A stretch of DNA of 64,000 nt from Diadema antillarum (Eukaryota). Below, one piece after another: positions 41,801-52,994 of the stretch. The first letter of the stretch is position 1; every line of letters begins with the position of its first letter. The translations under genes and the position numbers were made by a program. Below the pieces are notes generated by a model, which had not been told where the DNA came from, searched no databases, and saw nothing but the letters and a program-made list of their open reading frames with translations. The DNA lies in the NCBI RefSeq assembly GCF_040938485.1, contig NW_027271550.1:2046001-2110000 (forward strand), given 5' to 3'.

Positions 41801-44794
41801 TACCCCACCCTATGTGGTAATGTCATTAATGATAACTACTGTAGTAAGTGCCGGAGTAACTATACCTTGCCGATTTTGGAGATTATTTCCCTTTCGATTG
41901 TTTACACTATACTCCATCGTCTTCCAGATTATACGGGTCCTTTATCATGGACACCATAGCGAGCTGTGCTTTCGGTCTCGAGGTCGATTCCCAGGGTGAC
42001 CCGGATCATCCGTTTGTAGCCAAGGCCAATAAAGCCTTTAATTTTTCTATTTTCAACGTGGGATTGTTGATAAGCGGTAAGAACAAGCCGAGTTTATAAA
42101 AGACAGACAATATGAGCTTTTCCAAGATTGCTCGCCTAAACTTTGGAATTGTGCGGACTTTTCTGTGGTAAGAGTAGATTGATGCTTTCTGTGCAGAATT
42201 ATAGGTGGGTGCGATTGTTTTTCAAGGAGATTTTTTTCACTGTCAGAGGGTGCGTGATGCTTTGAAGCTACTATAAAAATGGTATAAAGCAAGTTGTTAC
42301 CGAAGCCATTCTTTTGTGAAATCACTCTAAGCTCTCACACAATAATTTTCTTTTGAATTTGTATGTACAGATAAGTCGATCCTCTCTTTTTTAAATTAAT
42401 TTGAGATATCTGGGATATATTACTGTTATAACATAACGATGCAATCAGTTGCTATAAAATCTTAATATCGGGGTTGTTTTTTCACTTGAAGTCCCTGAGG
42501 GTCTTGACTGTAAGAAGAAACAAGTAGATATCCAGTAAGTTGCCATTTTTTTATCATTTATTCACTTAATTTCAATTGCCAGGTTTTCTGCCCTGGACGT
42601 CGCCAATACTGAAGTTTTTCAAGGTTTTCTTGTTCCCTCAAGACTCGATGGACTTTTTTCGCGATGTAATTCAACAAACGGTAGCCATGCGGAAAGCTCC
42701 AAATGAAAATAAACAAAAGGCAGGTTTGATCGCTTGAAGCAAACTTTTTTCCTCTAAATGCTTTAATGATTATTTTGCACATTAGTTCATTCCGGAACTT
42801 AAATGTACCGCTGCACACGATGTGAAAGATGGGATGATTTCATTTTGCACTTTAATTCACATAATAATTTGGGCAATTTATACACTATATAGAGTATTGA
42901 AAATATGATTATGCAATTCAACGATGATTATCTGAGTGATAGTGAGTATTGAAGAAATTTACTTTGCAATAAATTCATATCTACACATCTGGATTAGATA
43001 ATTAATACGTTGAATGCAATGAGGTCAAAAAGATAAGTAACACAAAAGGAGCAAGAAAAAAGGAGTATGAGAAACAGTCCACAAGTTTTTCATGTCAATG
43101 AGAACCAGTTATTATTGTTGACAGCAATGGTCTTGAACATTACAGGTGAACAGAATTATACATAAGTACCCTATATATACTTACTCCAAACAATCCCTAG
43201 AGCCGTTTTAAGGCTATAACGTAGAAGTGGGTGTTTTTATTTAGATAGTGAAACCAGTAAATAATTATTTGAATATTCTTTAGAAGAATAAAATGGTACA
43301 AATCATCGAATGAATCTCTTCTGGCTCCTTTAACTTTTATCTTCCTTATCGTTAAATAGCTGCCCTCAAATTGCAATCGTATTTGTTTATGTTTGAGTCA
43401 TACTGTCACAACGGAAGTGGGTATTATGATTTAGATAGCGAAACCAGTATCATTACTTAAATATTTTTAGTAGAACAAAATGGTACGAAATATCGAATGA
43501 ATCGTTTCTGGCTCTTTCAGCTTTTATCTTCCTTCTTAAAACCTCTGCCCTCAAATCGTACTTTCGTTTGTGTCAAACTGTGGCGAAACCTCAGTTGATC
43601 TCTGCTTTCCTTGCATTATACATTGATAAATCAATCCATCTATCAGAGGACAGATTTTCTGCAAATGATAATCGACGCCCAGAAAGGAAGCGAGGGGCAG
43701 CTGGAAGCCGGTGATGACGGTGACGTGCATGATAGCGTGTTCAAGGAACACGGAGGTGCTGCTCCGAGTCGCTCGTTGAAGTCAAAGGTCCAACTGTCAG
43801 ATTCAGAAATGATCGCGCAGGTGAGCGCTCTATAATCTCAGCGTTTGCGTATCACGGTAACAATGGGGAGCTTTAGATTTGAGACGCGGACGTTTAAGAC
43901 GACGATTGCGTTGGCCGTTCCCCTCTCTCTGCGTCGTGTTGCAAAGTAGCTTTTGATTACGGAATGACACAGCCTATTATACAGTATTACAGAGTACAAT
44001 GATATTGTAAAATGGCGCCCCCATAGGGTAGTATTGCGTCGAGTAGCTCTCTGCGATGTGAATTTTAAAGCGGACACAAAAATGGCCCAAGGCCCCGTTT
44101 TATCAAAATATAAAATCGATTTTAAATTTCCTTACCACACAGGCTGCCAGGCTGCCATAGACTAACAGTTGAAATTAATATAATCAATTTCAACTCTTCA
44201 TAAAAGAGGGCCCAGAACTGACCAGGCAAACTCAGACGATGCAATTCAAGCAAATCGTACTCACGTGATATGATTTTTTGGAAGAAAAGTTCATAACGGA
44301 TAAGATTACCTTTTTTTGCCAATCACAAAGACACATTTATCTGTTGATTTTGAAATTTGTAATAAGAGTAAACTTTATGACTGCCCCTTAATCGAAAATT
44401 TACCATGTCTACAATGAAGATTTTTTTTCTTCAGTTATAGAAATCCTACTTGTGAAATTTGTCACAGGAATAACGTTTTTGACTGTCAGTGAGTCGATTT
44501 TTTTCTGAACAGAGAAGAACAAAGAAAGAAGAAAGAAACCATTTTAGAGAAAATACTTGTTTTGAATAAAAGTTTGGGCAACTTTTCATAGCCTATGAAA
44601 TTAAATTTCATCCTAAATAGATTTTGAATGATATTGAATATTTTTCTAAAATCAATTTCCTCGGCCTATGAAGCAATTAAACCAACTCTGCTGAGATCGT
44701 AAACCACACAAACATTCATTAAAATGCTTTACCAGTTTAGTCATTCTCTCTAATCCATCCACTTTCATTCCGCGTTCTGATACACACGCACACG

Positions 44795-44841
<47 letters not shown>

Positions 44842-47800
44842 ACATATATTATGTATATGTATTATCTTGCGCATAAACATACGAACACACATGCATGCGC
44901 AAAACTACCTAAAAAGTAGACTCTTTTTAGTGTGTGTCATTTCAACAGTATCTCCTGCCTATTTCTTATCAGGCAATAACCTTCTTCGTCGCCGGCTACG
45001 ACACGACTGGTTCTCTCCTAATCTTTTCCTCTTACCTACTGGCCCTGCACCCAGACGTACAGGAGAAACTTATCACCGAGATCAACGAGTTACTGCCCTC
45101 TAGCGACGATGTCGGTTACACCACCGTCTCGAAGTTACCTTATCTGGATAACGTAATCTGCGAGACTCTGCGGTACTTCCCTCCAGCGGCCCTGTAAGTT
45201 CTGGGCCCCATTTCATAAAAGATGTTCGGATGGCAACTCTTGCTGGAATGGCAACTTCCAATGGCAACAGCCAATCAGGAAGCTGGATTCTTGTCGTTGT
45301 CATGACAATGTTGCCATGACAATTGCCATTCCAGCAAGAGTTGCTGTCATATCAACTTTTTATGAAACGGGGCCCTGGACAGCTCTTTTCACACACAAAC
45401 CATGTATGCCATACGATCGTATTTTCGATAATCCAGTGACTTAAGACCGTGAGGTGTATCTACCCATCATCTTTACGCTTCAAAGTATTACGCAATGCCC
45501 AATATTCTGGAACTGTCATGGGGTTACATTATGAATTATGTCCATCCGAATTCATGAAAATATCCTTTAAAAAAAAGCCTTGTAAGTCCACTTTAAGCTG
45601 CCGTTTAACTGAAGCTGGAATCATTTTATCCGTTGTTGTAGATAAAGTAAAAAAAATCAGAATAAAAGTAAAGGGATAATTAACTAAGGAACACTAAGTC
45701 TTGTCGGACTGAACGTTGCATAATTAAAAAAAAAACTACTTTTGAGGGTTATGTAGGATTGTTATGCACGTAATTATCGTTCATTTTTTTATATTAGATA
45801 TTGTCTGCCCTTTGATTGCCTTGAATGAATATTCGAGCAAAGAGAGAGAGAGAGAGAAAAAAAAAGAAAGGAAGAGCTTGTGCATTCGTTACACAGTGGT
45901 TGTTTTTTCAAAGCGTTACAAGAATTCTACGATTTGTTTGCTAATTACCTAATACCTGACAGTGCTGACCGCATATGCAGTGAGACGTTTACCTACAATG
46001 GTGTAACCGTGGAAAGGGGTACGCAGGTTGCCATTCCAATCTACACCATTCACCATGATCCGGAGCTGTGGCCCGAACCGGAGAAGTTCGACCCAGATAG
46101 GTATGCATGAAGATCACAAAGAGAAGAGACAGTACCAGTAGATTACTCTCGCACCTATATAGGTGTATTACGATCCTATTTGGAATGTAACCCTTTGCTG
46201 CATGATAAACGCTACAAAAACACAAACTATTTTTCTTCATGTGCTCACAATGATAGAACAAAGCGAGTTGTTCAGTCGCATGAAATTAAATACTAAAGTG
46301 AGAGTCAAAACAATGTAGGCCCTATAGTATACGATGAGAGAGTGCTCGGAAAATTGCCATACTTTCCTCAGTAGTGTAGATCTGCATGCAAAACTGTGAC
46401 GCAGGACACAGGCTGCTACTTCCAGAATGGTTGTATGGATGCCAGTACAGGGAAGTTCAGGGTTTTATGAAGAACAGCCAGAGAGCCAAAATGAAGTCTA
46501 TAAAATAGATTAATGATAGCAACAAGGAATGCACACGAGAATAAGAATGAGAGTTTTATGTGGTGTAGAACTGTTTATAAAAAAGTAAGATACAGACCAT
46601 GTATAATTATTCCTACAGTGTGTCCAGCGATATAAAACAAATGTAAGCAAGTGGGATCCACTCTGTGTACCTCGTTCGTCCGACAGATTCACGAAAGAGA
46701 GGCGCGAGAAGCGGCACCCGTTTGCTTGGATCCCATTCGGCGCAGGGCCACGGAACTGCATCGGGATGAGGTTCGCCCTGATGGAGGCCAAGGTAGCACT
46801 AGTCAGGGTGCTGCAGAAATACCGCTTTGAGACGTGTCTGCAGACAAAGGTATAACCCTTCTTATTTTGCTTTGATTGATTGAATGGTTGCTCCTATTGA
46901 CGTCCAAATCAAAAACACAAATAAAATAAATGTTTACACTATAGGGAGATTTAACACCGAGTTAGTTTCCCTTTTATCATCTCAGTCAAGTCATCATTCT
47001 TTTTTACATAAGTCCTCCTTCTAATTATGTCCCTATTTGTGTTCTAAACATAACGATGTGTTTATTCTCTCTTTCTCTTGCATTCTTACCAACATAATTA
47101 CGTATAAAAAATGTTTTGCATTACATTCAATCCAGCTTGTATTTCATCACTTATTTTACATTATGGAATCTAGATTGCTTGCGTCCACGATGGCACGTGC
47201 TGTAGTTTTTTTCCCTTTTTCTCCTTTTTTTCCTCTTTTTTCTCTCTTCTTTTTTTCCTTATCTTTCTTTTTCCCTTCCCAATCATTTTGATGTCAGTTG
47301 ACATCGGTTCGTTTATTTTGTTTTATATTGCTGTCTTGTGTATTTTCTGAGGGTCCCATATCGTACAAGCTCTGCTTCTTAGTGGGACCCTCCACTTTCA
47401 TCCTCATCCTTAGTCAGGCTGTTAGTTGACTTGTATTATACGCTTTATGTATATATCAACAAAGATGTAATCGCATCTCCTTCTCATTTTCATATACGCA
47501 CCTTGTCAAATTATGTTCTGCATAAGTATTACAAATATCCTGTACATAGGCAATGTATATAATTTCTTTGTTTATTTGATGGAAGTGAAAATAAAGTTGA
47601 ATCTTGAATCTTGAAAACACTCCATCGTAGGATTCAAACAGGGGTCGGCAGCTGCATGGTTGGGCGTATATTATGTCTTCAAATTAGATAAAGAATACAA
47701 CTGGAACATGTTGGGGAGTGTGAGTACATGAAGTACGCTATCGAAACTTTAAGGTCGTTGTGTGTATAGATGATGGGGGCAGGCAGAGGGATCGATACCT

Positions 47801-48129
47801 TCTATGCAACTCATGAAAAACAGTTTCTTATTACTTTAAAACAACACGATTATTTTGTATACCCCTTTGTCTGTCTCACTACACTACGCCAGTTTTAAGT
47901 GTTTATGTGTACAAATCTTCTCTTTGGGTTCTTCACAATTGCTGTTATTGTTTTATATTTTCACTTTGTATATAATTATTCATCATTTTGTGCCTTTTTT
48001 TAACGTCGTCGTCTCAAAAAAAAAATGTGGATCGCTGCTTCCTTACAGATTCCGATTGAGCTCGGAAAAGAGGGTCTTATCACTCCGCCGAAGGGCCTGG
48101 CGCTGCGCGCCCGTCCACGGACATTTTAG
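35880..48129 (+). CDS. Cytochrome P450, clan 3 (CYP3A-like / thromboxane-A synthase-like), copy A, 529 aa; exons 35880-35956, 37322-37415, 38164-38216, 39179-39275, 39889-40005, 40679-40767, 41928-42076, 42583-42719, 43647-43820, 44973-45193, 45963-46100, 46687-46849, 48049-48129
   Basis: N-terminal anchor [27 protein letters not shown]-helix [25 protein letters not shown]-helix [10 protein letters not shown]-helix [22 protein letters not shown], heme motif [15 protein letters not shown]. 1590-nt frame is continuous; intron 8 donor is GC (or a shifted GT/AG pair). Confidence 0.95.
38087..38148. repeat. (CTT)n microsatellite forming the polypyrimidine tract of P450-A exon 3
   Basis: Direct reading; ends ~15 nt before the AG at 38162-38163. 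Confidence 0.9.
39060..39092. repeat. (TA)n microsatellite
   Basis: Direct reading. Confidence 0.85.
40859..41087. mobile_element. EnSpm/CACTA-like MITE, 229 bp, P450-A intron 6
   Basis: TA|CACTCTTAAAAATAAAATGGTAG ... TTTACCATTTCATGTTTACAGTG|TA; internal TTCAACA/TGTTGAA repeats. Confidence 0.7.
43224..43556. repeat. Diverged ~190-bp tandem duplication in P450-A intron 8
   Basis: GAAGTGGGT..TTTAGATAG(T/C)GAAACCAGTA..AAAATGGTAC..TCGAATGAATC..CTTTTATCTTCCTT..CTGCCCTCAAAT at 43224 and 43414. Confidence 0.85.
44785..44843. repeat. (CA)n/(CACG)n microsatellite
   Basis: Direct reading. Confidence 0.9.
45204..45374. mobile_element. PIF/Harbinger-like MITE, 171 bp
   Basis: CTG|GGCCCCATTTCATAAAA ... 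TTTTATGAAACGGGGCC|CTG (3-bp TSD); internal inverted GCAACTCTTGCTGGAATGGCAA / TTGCCATTCCAGCAAGAGTTGC. Confidence 0.85.
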
Positions 48130-48494
48130 TATACCGCAAAGCAGGAAACATCCTTAGCCACTGAGGGACTCCAGAACGGACTGGGGCCATAGTTTGGTTT
48201 CCAGGGACAGTGACACTCCAAGGCCTTTAGCAGTCTAGCTTGGTGTGTTTGGTCACTATCCAATATCCATTCGAAAAATGCATTCCACTGAAAACGCATA
48301 ATATCTTATGTCAAGATCCTCTCAGTCAAAGGTGCTGTAATTTGTCCATTAAACAATATCATCAGCTGATTATTAAAAACAACATTGCCTATAGATAACA
48401 CTCTTCATCTTTTGAAATTTCGGCAGATTGCGATTTAATGTGACATGTCCGTATTCTTTGTTCCTGAACCCTTAATCGTAAATGTGATTATCAA

Positions 48495-48500
48495 AATAAA
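48495..48500 (+). promoter_or_regulatory. Candidate polyadenylation signal of P450 copy A
   Basis: First AATAAA seen after the stop codon (~365 nt). Confidence 0.4.
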
Positions 48501-50560
48501 GTAAACATGATACCCTTTTACCCTTAATTTTGTCTTTCATTTCTTTATCGTTTGTTAGTGTTGATATGAATACAAATTGAATATGCATATGTTTCAAGAA
48601 TTTGTTATGCACTGTGTAATTTAAACTTTACAGTACAAACCCACTAATACTTACTTACAGGCATTAGTTACTGATTCATAGTTGGTTCCCTCAAACTGCA
48701 CAAAAGTTCAATCAAACATAAGCCTGGCCATTTTTACCAATTCCATCTAACTTTTAATGAATTATGGCTTTGAATTGTATTTTGTTGATGTTTGCACACT
48801 TTGGGCTAGTAATGATATTATATATTGAATTTTGTTATGAAAGGAAACATGAATTAATTTGAATCAAATTAGAACTCAGTTATAAGAATCAAGCCAAGAA
48901 GACAGAGAATCATATCTTATAGTGTCACATTCTGCGATAGTCGTGGCTATCTCTCGAGCAGCAATTCAGCACACTGTACTGTGGATATATTATGACTCAT
49001 CGAATTTGTAGAAACACATTTGACAGTCATTTCTGTTGGGTTGTTGAAATAGAATCTCCTGGTAGAAACGTAGGTAGAAAATCTTACTGACAACAGCAAA
49101 ACAGAAAAACAACTACAAAGGGCGTATAATCCCCTCAAATCGAACCACGTGATATTGACCTGATGTCAAAGAGTATGAATCAACATAAACCCACTAGAAC
49201 TTCAATCAAACCACATTCACACACGCCTGCAGTATGCTTTTAAAAACCTAATCCGTGTGAATTGCTTTAAAATAACGACAGCAATAAGTACATTTTTAAA
49301 ACTCTTTTTAACTTGCTGGCTTGCATTACACCATACACGTATGATCATAGTATTTTTGAGCAATTACACACGAAAAAAAAGATGAATAAATTACAAAATT
49401 AATTAAAAAAACTATTCATGCAGAGCAGGATGTGACCAAAATCAAGCAGTGTGTTTAGCAGTATCACTTCTATCTCGTGTAAAATATGTCATACATGTTT
49501 TGTCATTAGAATGATTGTCTATAGGATAAGGCATTTGTGTAAACGACTTTACATCAGAAAAGTAAACTAATATTCAGTAGGGCCTCCGGTTAGTGATATC
49601 TGAAAGAACAGAATTTTGGCTGCGAATTAAGGAGTGATGTTTGTAGCAGGCAGGGAAAGAGGGCAGGTAGACTGCTACATAAAAGTCCATTGAAATCATA
49701 TTTTGGAATTGAGTGGAAATTATGTTTTCTTATTTGTCATTCACGGATTGGTAAAACTGCATTGATGAAAGGATTGCAAAAGTTATGATTTACACGCAGA
49801 CAAGACACACTCGTTTGTAACAGTCAATTAGTTTTAGACTCAGCAGTACAAGTAATATTGTCTCCAAGAGAATTTGGAAGGAACGTTTCCAAAGGAAATT
49901 TCCACGACCTTGTTTTATATAGGGTATGTAATGCAATCAGCTATGTGTCGTAAAGTACGTCTCGTATAAGGATTTCGTGTATACGAACATTGCATTGTAC
50001 ATTGAATGTCAGTGAGAACCGTTTCATTAAGAGTAAAGTTTCTCTCGAATTTCGTATGTCAACACGAAATATATTATTGTGATTCTAAAGTGTGATTTCT
50101 CTAAATTTGAAACAAAAAATTCGAAGTGGAATTATGTGCTTGTTTGTTCGATTGTTTATTTGTCTGTAGTCTGTTTTGATAGTTGCTTTTGATTTCCAAC
50201 CAGGGTAAAGCCCTCATTGAAGCCGCACGTCACAGAGATTTTTAAAGACATACAATAAATAAGCAAGGTAGCATACAGAAAACATCCCTGAAAAACATGA
50301 ATCGCAATGAAATGCGGGATATACAGAATCATAGAAAATTATACACGCCATGAATCAGAAATGTAGATAGCCATCTAAAACAACAGTGATAAGCGCTAAC
50401 TGGCGGTAACTGTCAATATGCGTAGAATAGTAGTCTACAGTCATGGTTGGTTATATTTTAGCAGTGTCGCATAAGTTGACAAAAGAGAGAACAATAAAGG
50501 AATATTATGGCCTCCATAAGCTGGTGTTTTTATGATTTTATGTTGGTTGTGAGAGTGTGA

Positions 50561-50573
50561 AGGTCAAAGTCCA
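50561..50573 (+). promoter_or_regulatory. DR1/HNF4-type site AGGTCAAAGTCCA upstream of P450 copy B
   Basis: Full 13-mer matching the HNF4 consensus, 291 bp before the ATG; homologous to 35612-35624. Confidence 0.5.
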
Positions 50574-50713
50574 CAGGCTATATGTATAGGGACGAGAATT
50601 ACTTCGTAGGGAAATAATCTGTGTGTTTAGTATCGGTTCAGTGCACTGTTCGCGTTGAGGAAGTGACTCGTGTGACTCGACTGACGCTGCTGTGTGATTT
50701 CTCTATGAGTGCA

Positions 50714-50724
50714 GGGGAATCCCC
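50714..50724. promoter_or_regulatory. NF-kB consensus site GGGGAATCCCC upstream of P450 copy B
   Basis: Matches GGGRNWYYCC; ~20 bp upstream of a conserved TCATTTCTG initiator-like motif. Confidence 0.4.
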
Positions 50725-50863
50725 CTTTATCTAAAGAGTGCATTCATTTCTGTGTGTGCACATCAAGCCCGACAAGTGCTTGAACACCCGCCATTGATTT
50801 GGTCAAAATCTGGGGTTCCTGCTCTGGTTTGGTTGTTTATGTGCATGCAGTGCAGCAGTAGAC

Positions 50864-52956
50864 ATGGAACTCCAGGTGTCTGGTCTATCTCTGTCCCCGA
50901 CGTGGGTTCTTGCTATTGGATCGGTTGTTTTATTCCTCTTGTAAGTATTCAACTTAAATTTTTGCTGGGAGAGGCTCACAACTTTGTGTAAACTTGTGGA
51001 TTACTTTTATTTAATTGAATTGAATTGATATGGGTTTACTGATGGAAGATAAGCAGCCCAGAGATTGAAATACATTCACTTTACAATGAAAACGTAAAAA
51101 TCACAACTTGTAACAATACATTGGCTATTTACAATTCACAAATGTGCATCATTGATGTTTATAGTTGTCATGATGATGCAATGGGAGGAAGACATGGATG
51201 TATCGATCTGTGTAAACCGACTTGTCTACAGTCGAAGTGTGCTGGACTGAGAGTGTAATGTGCTTTCGTTTCTGAAGTATTCACCAAACCGGGGAGGGAG
51301 TGTAAAGCAGTGTATACGCAGCCAACGTTTTTTCTTTTCTTTCTTTCCCATATACTGTGTTATCTCTGCGATGCCTGTCTTCACCCATTGTGTAAAACTA
51401 GGAACCCATTACTGATTAGGGTTAGGACAATGTCAGACTGTCTGAAAGAGCAGTGTTAATAATGGAGAGGCTGCTCGATGATACGGGACAATATTGTAGG
51501 CCTATTATAGCAAATAACTGTTCAATATATATACGCGCATAATGTCTTTGACCACATAATATGACCGCGTAGGCACTACTTCCTTTTTGTGTCATGAGGA
51601 CAATTTATGACCTCACAACCGATTCCGCGGGAGGAACACTCCACAGAATAGGAAGCTTGAAGTGCCATTCTACCTGACATGGCGAGATACTTCATCTTGT
51701 CAAGTCGACTTAATAATATTCATATCATATCGACGTGTCAAGGTATACTGTAACTTACCATGTCGACATACCAACTTTAATAGTCGACATGGTGACATAC
51801 ATTATCTAGCCAAGTCGACTTCCCAAAACATGTTGACATGTATTTATTTAGAAGTCGACTTGTCCAGATAGTTCATGTCCCCATGTCGACATACACTTTT
51901 TTGGGATGTTGACTTGGCAAGATAACCTATATCGCCATGTACACTTGTAAAAATTGATAAGTCAATATGGTAACTTATATATCTTGACATGTCGACATGA
52001 AATGAATATCAAAATCGATGTGGCAAGATGCAGTATCAAGCCGTGTCGTCAAGTAGAATGCCACTTAAAAGATTCCGTAACAGCAGGAACATTCTCCACC
52101 ACTATCTGCTCTATTGTTAGTGTCTAGTTTATACATATAAACGACCATCTGCATGAGTTTTTGCATTTTCCATTCCTTTCTGTCTTGTCCCAGCTCTATC
52201 TAAGCTTTCAAATGATTTTATGCAGCCTAGAAGTTGTTCCGCTTAATAAATTGAGAAAAAAAAATCAAGTATCAAACGGAAGCAAGGTCTGTCACCAGAA
52301 AAATCCAGTTTTGAAAAGTATAACGCTTTTGAATGCTTTATCACATAATGATATGTAATTTCTCCACAGTCAACGAAAACTCCCTAATTTACATTTTTTT
52401 TTGATTTCCTTGTGTTTAGGCTTGTACAGGGTATCTCAGTGACTCGTCTCAAAAAACAAACACACACGTACAGTTTGTGCGTGTGGCCTAATTAATCAAT
52501 TCACGTGAGTTACACACAGTCTTCCACCTTCATCCTGTGGGGTCGCAGCTTTTAACGGTTGAGTGTGCATTTACTTTTAATTCTAAAAAACGATACGAAA
52601 CGAGATATGCAATAATACAATGAGAGCAAGTTTTTTATGCAATGGTCAATATTATGTTTAGCTAAACACCCGTTATACTCCTTTCTTAATTGATTTACCA
52701 TTACAGGTACGATTACTGGTGCCGTGGCTACTGGCGGAGACGAGGCGTGGCTTCGGTGCCTTCCTTGCCCATCATTGGCAATCTCAGGGATTTCACACAG
52801 GTACCTCACGACCACGATTAGAAATTTTATATAAAAACATTTAAATGTTACGAAGCCTTTCAGCTACTCTTGGAACTCTTTGGTATAGGATTTCAGGATT
52901 CTAGGTACTCAAACAAAAAATTCCTATAGGTCAAATCGTTTCTCTTTGACCGAAGG

Positions 52957-52994
<38 letters not shown>

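Noticed and set aside
44066-44392. TTAA-flanked MITE in P450-A intron 9
   Set aside because: The two ends do not form a convincing TIR pair.
47620-47670. tRNA/SINE head (GTTTGAATCC on minus strand)
   Set aside because: Only a B-box-like motif; too decayed to call.
51662-52064. CRISPR-like spaced repeats (GTCGAC units; also 28600-28858)
   Set aside because: Repeats are short, irregular and enclosed by TIRs in a eukaryotic intron; no cas genes.
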